From UHGV virus genome UHGV-0092003: a DNA stretch of 64,000 nucleotides; one strand, written 5' to 3'. The DNA comes from a virus. The notes beneath the pieces are model-generated. The model did not search any database. It saw only the letters and a program-made list of their open reading frames with translations, and was not told the origin of the DNA. The translations under genes and the position numbers were made by a program. The stretch's first letter is position 1, and every line of letters starts with the position of its first letter. Positions 63,921-64,000 of this stretch are shown one piece after another.

Positions 63921-64000
63921 GATGCCTTTACTGCGTGAAGAAGCTGAAAAGCTGAGTAATAACGAACTGGAGCAGGGCGTAATCGAGACGATTATCGACC
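63921..64000 (+). CDS. 5' end of the next head-module gene (partial)
   Basis: ATG at 63921 with SD AAGGAAA. Frame stays open to the window end. Confidence 0.3.

Noticed and set aside
1-64000. Integrase, excisionase or attachment site; tRNA genes.
   Set aside because: No tyrosine or serine recombinase motifs are present. There is no tRNA-like cloverleaf with T-loop consensus. This is consistent with an episomal phage-plasmid, but it is only one window.

Overview
This 64 kb window is almost entirely coding, mostly on the + strand. It reads as the replication, nucleotide-metabolism and early-packaging region of a large tailed dsDNA phage of an enterobacterial host. My inference is that it is a phage-plasmid (P1/SSU5/pHCM2-like lifestyle): it carries a complete iteron-type plasmid replicon (RepA-like gene flanked by two iteron arrays, plus an oriC-like GATC/DnaA-box unwinding element) and I found no integrase.

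Recognisable genes, in order:
- Regulation and cofactor-like: a Cro/CI-type HTH regulator; a CobT-like vWA protein and CobS-like AAA+ ATPase pair.
- Replication core: a DnaE-type Pol III alpha split into two adjacent ORFs; a gp32-like SSB; a FEN/5'-3' exonuclease; a RecA-like recombinase; a DnaQ-like proofreading exonuclease; RNase HI; an SF2 DEAH helicase; SbcD/SbcC; a RuvC-like resolvase.
- Nucleotide metabolism: host-like NrdA and NrdB; ThyA with an insertion; DHFR; a P-loop kinase; a HAD/NT5C-like nucleotidase; a MazG-like NTP pyrophosphatase.
- Other recognisable products: an SPFH/band-7 lipoprotein; two NPPY methyltransferases (a Dam-like one and a large fusion protein); a SpoT-type HD (p)ppGpp-hydrolase-like protein; a TerB-like protein; a Rha/Ant antirepressor; several lipoproteins.
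- Cluster upstream of the packaging genes: two ParB-like proteins, a small ABC ATPase, an HExxH protein and a GNAT-like protein.
- Packaging and head: TerS, TerL, portal and scaffold.

Three families of conserved non-coding motifs recur throughout:
- a promoter class with an AAACAAnTTGTTT dyad and an extended -10 (TGTGATAATA);
- a near-invariant translation-initiation region AAAGGAAA(A/G)CACATG;
- an intergenic palindrome ATAAGTAA-N-TTACTTAT.

Non-coding regions worth follow-up: a ~1.5 kb stretch with extreme CA/GT strand skew (47.0-48.5 kb); a ~540 nt highly structured candidate ncRNA upstream of rnhA; a triple palindromic-hairpin array next to an AT-rich minus-strand gene island. Every call below rests on motif reading by eye; I ran no searches.
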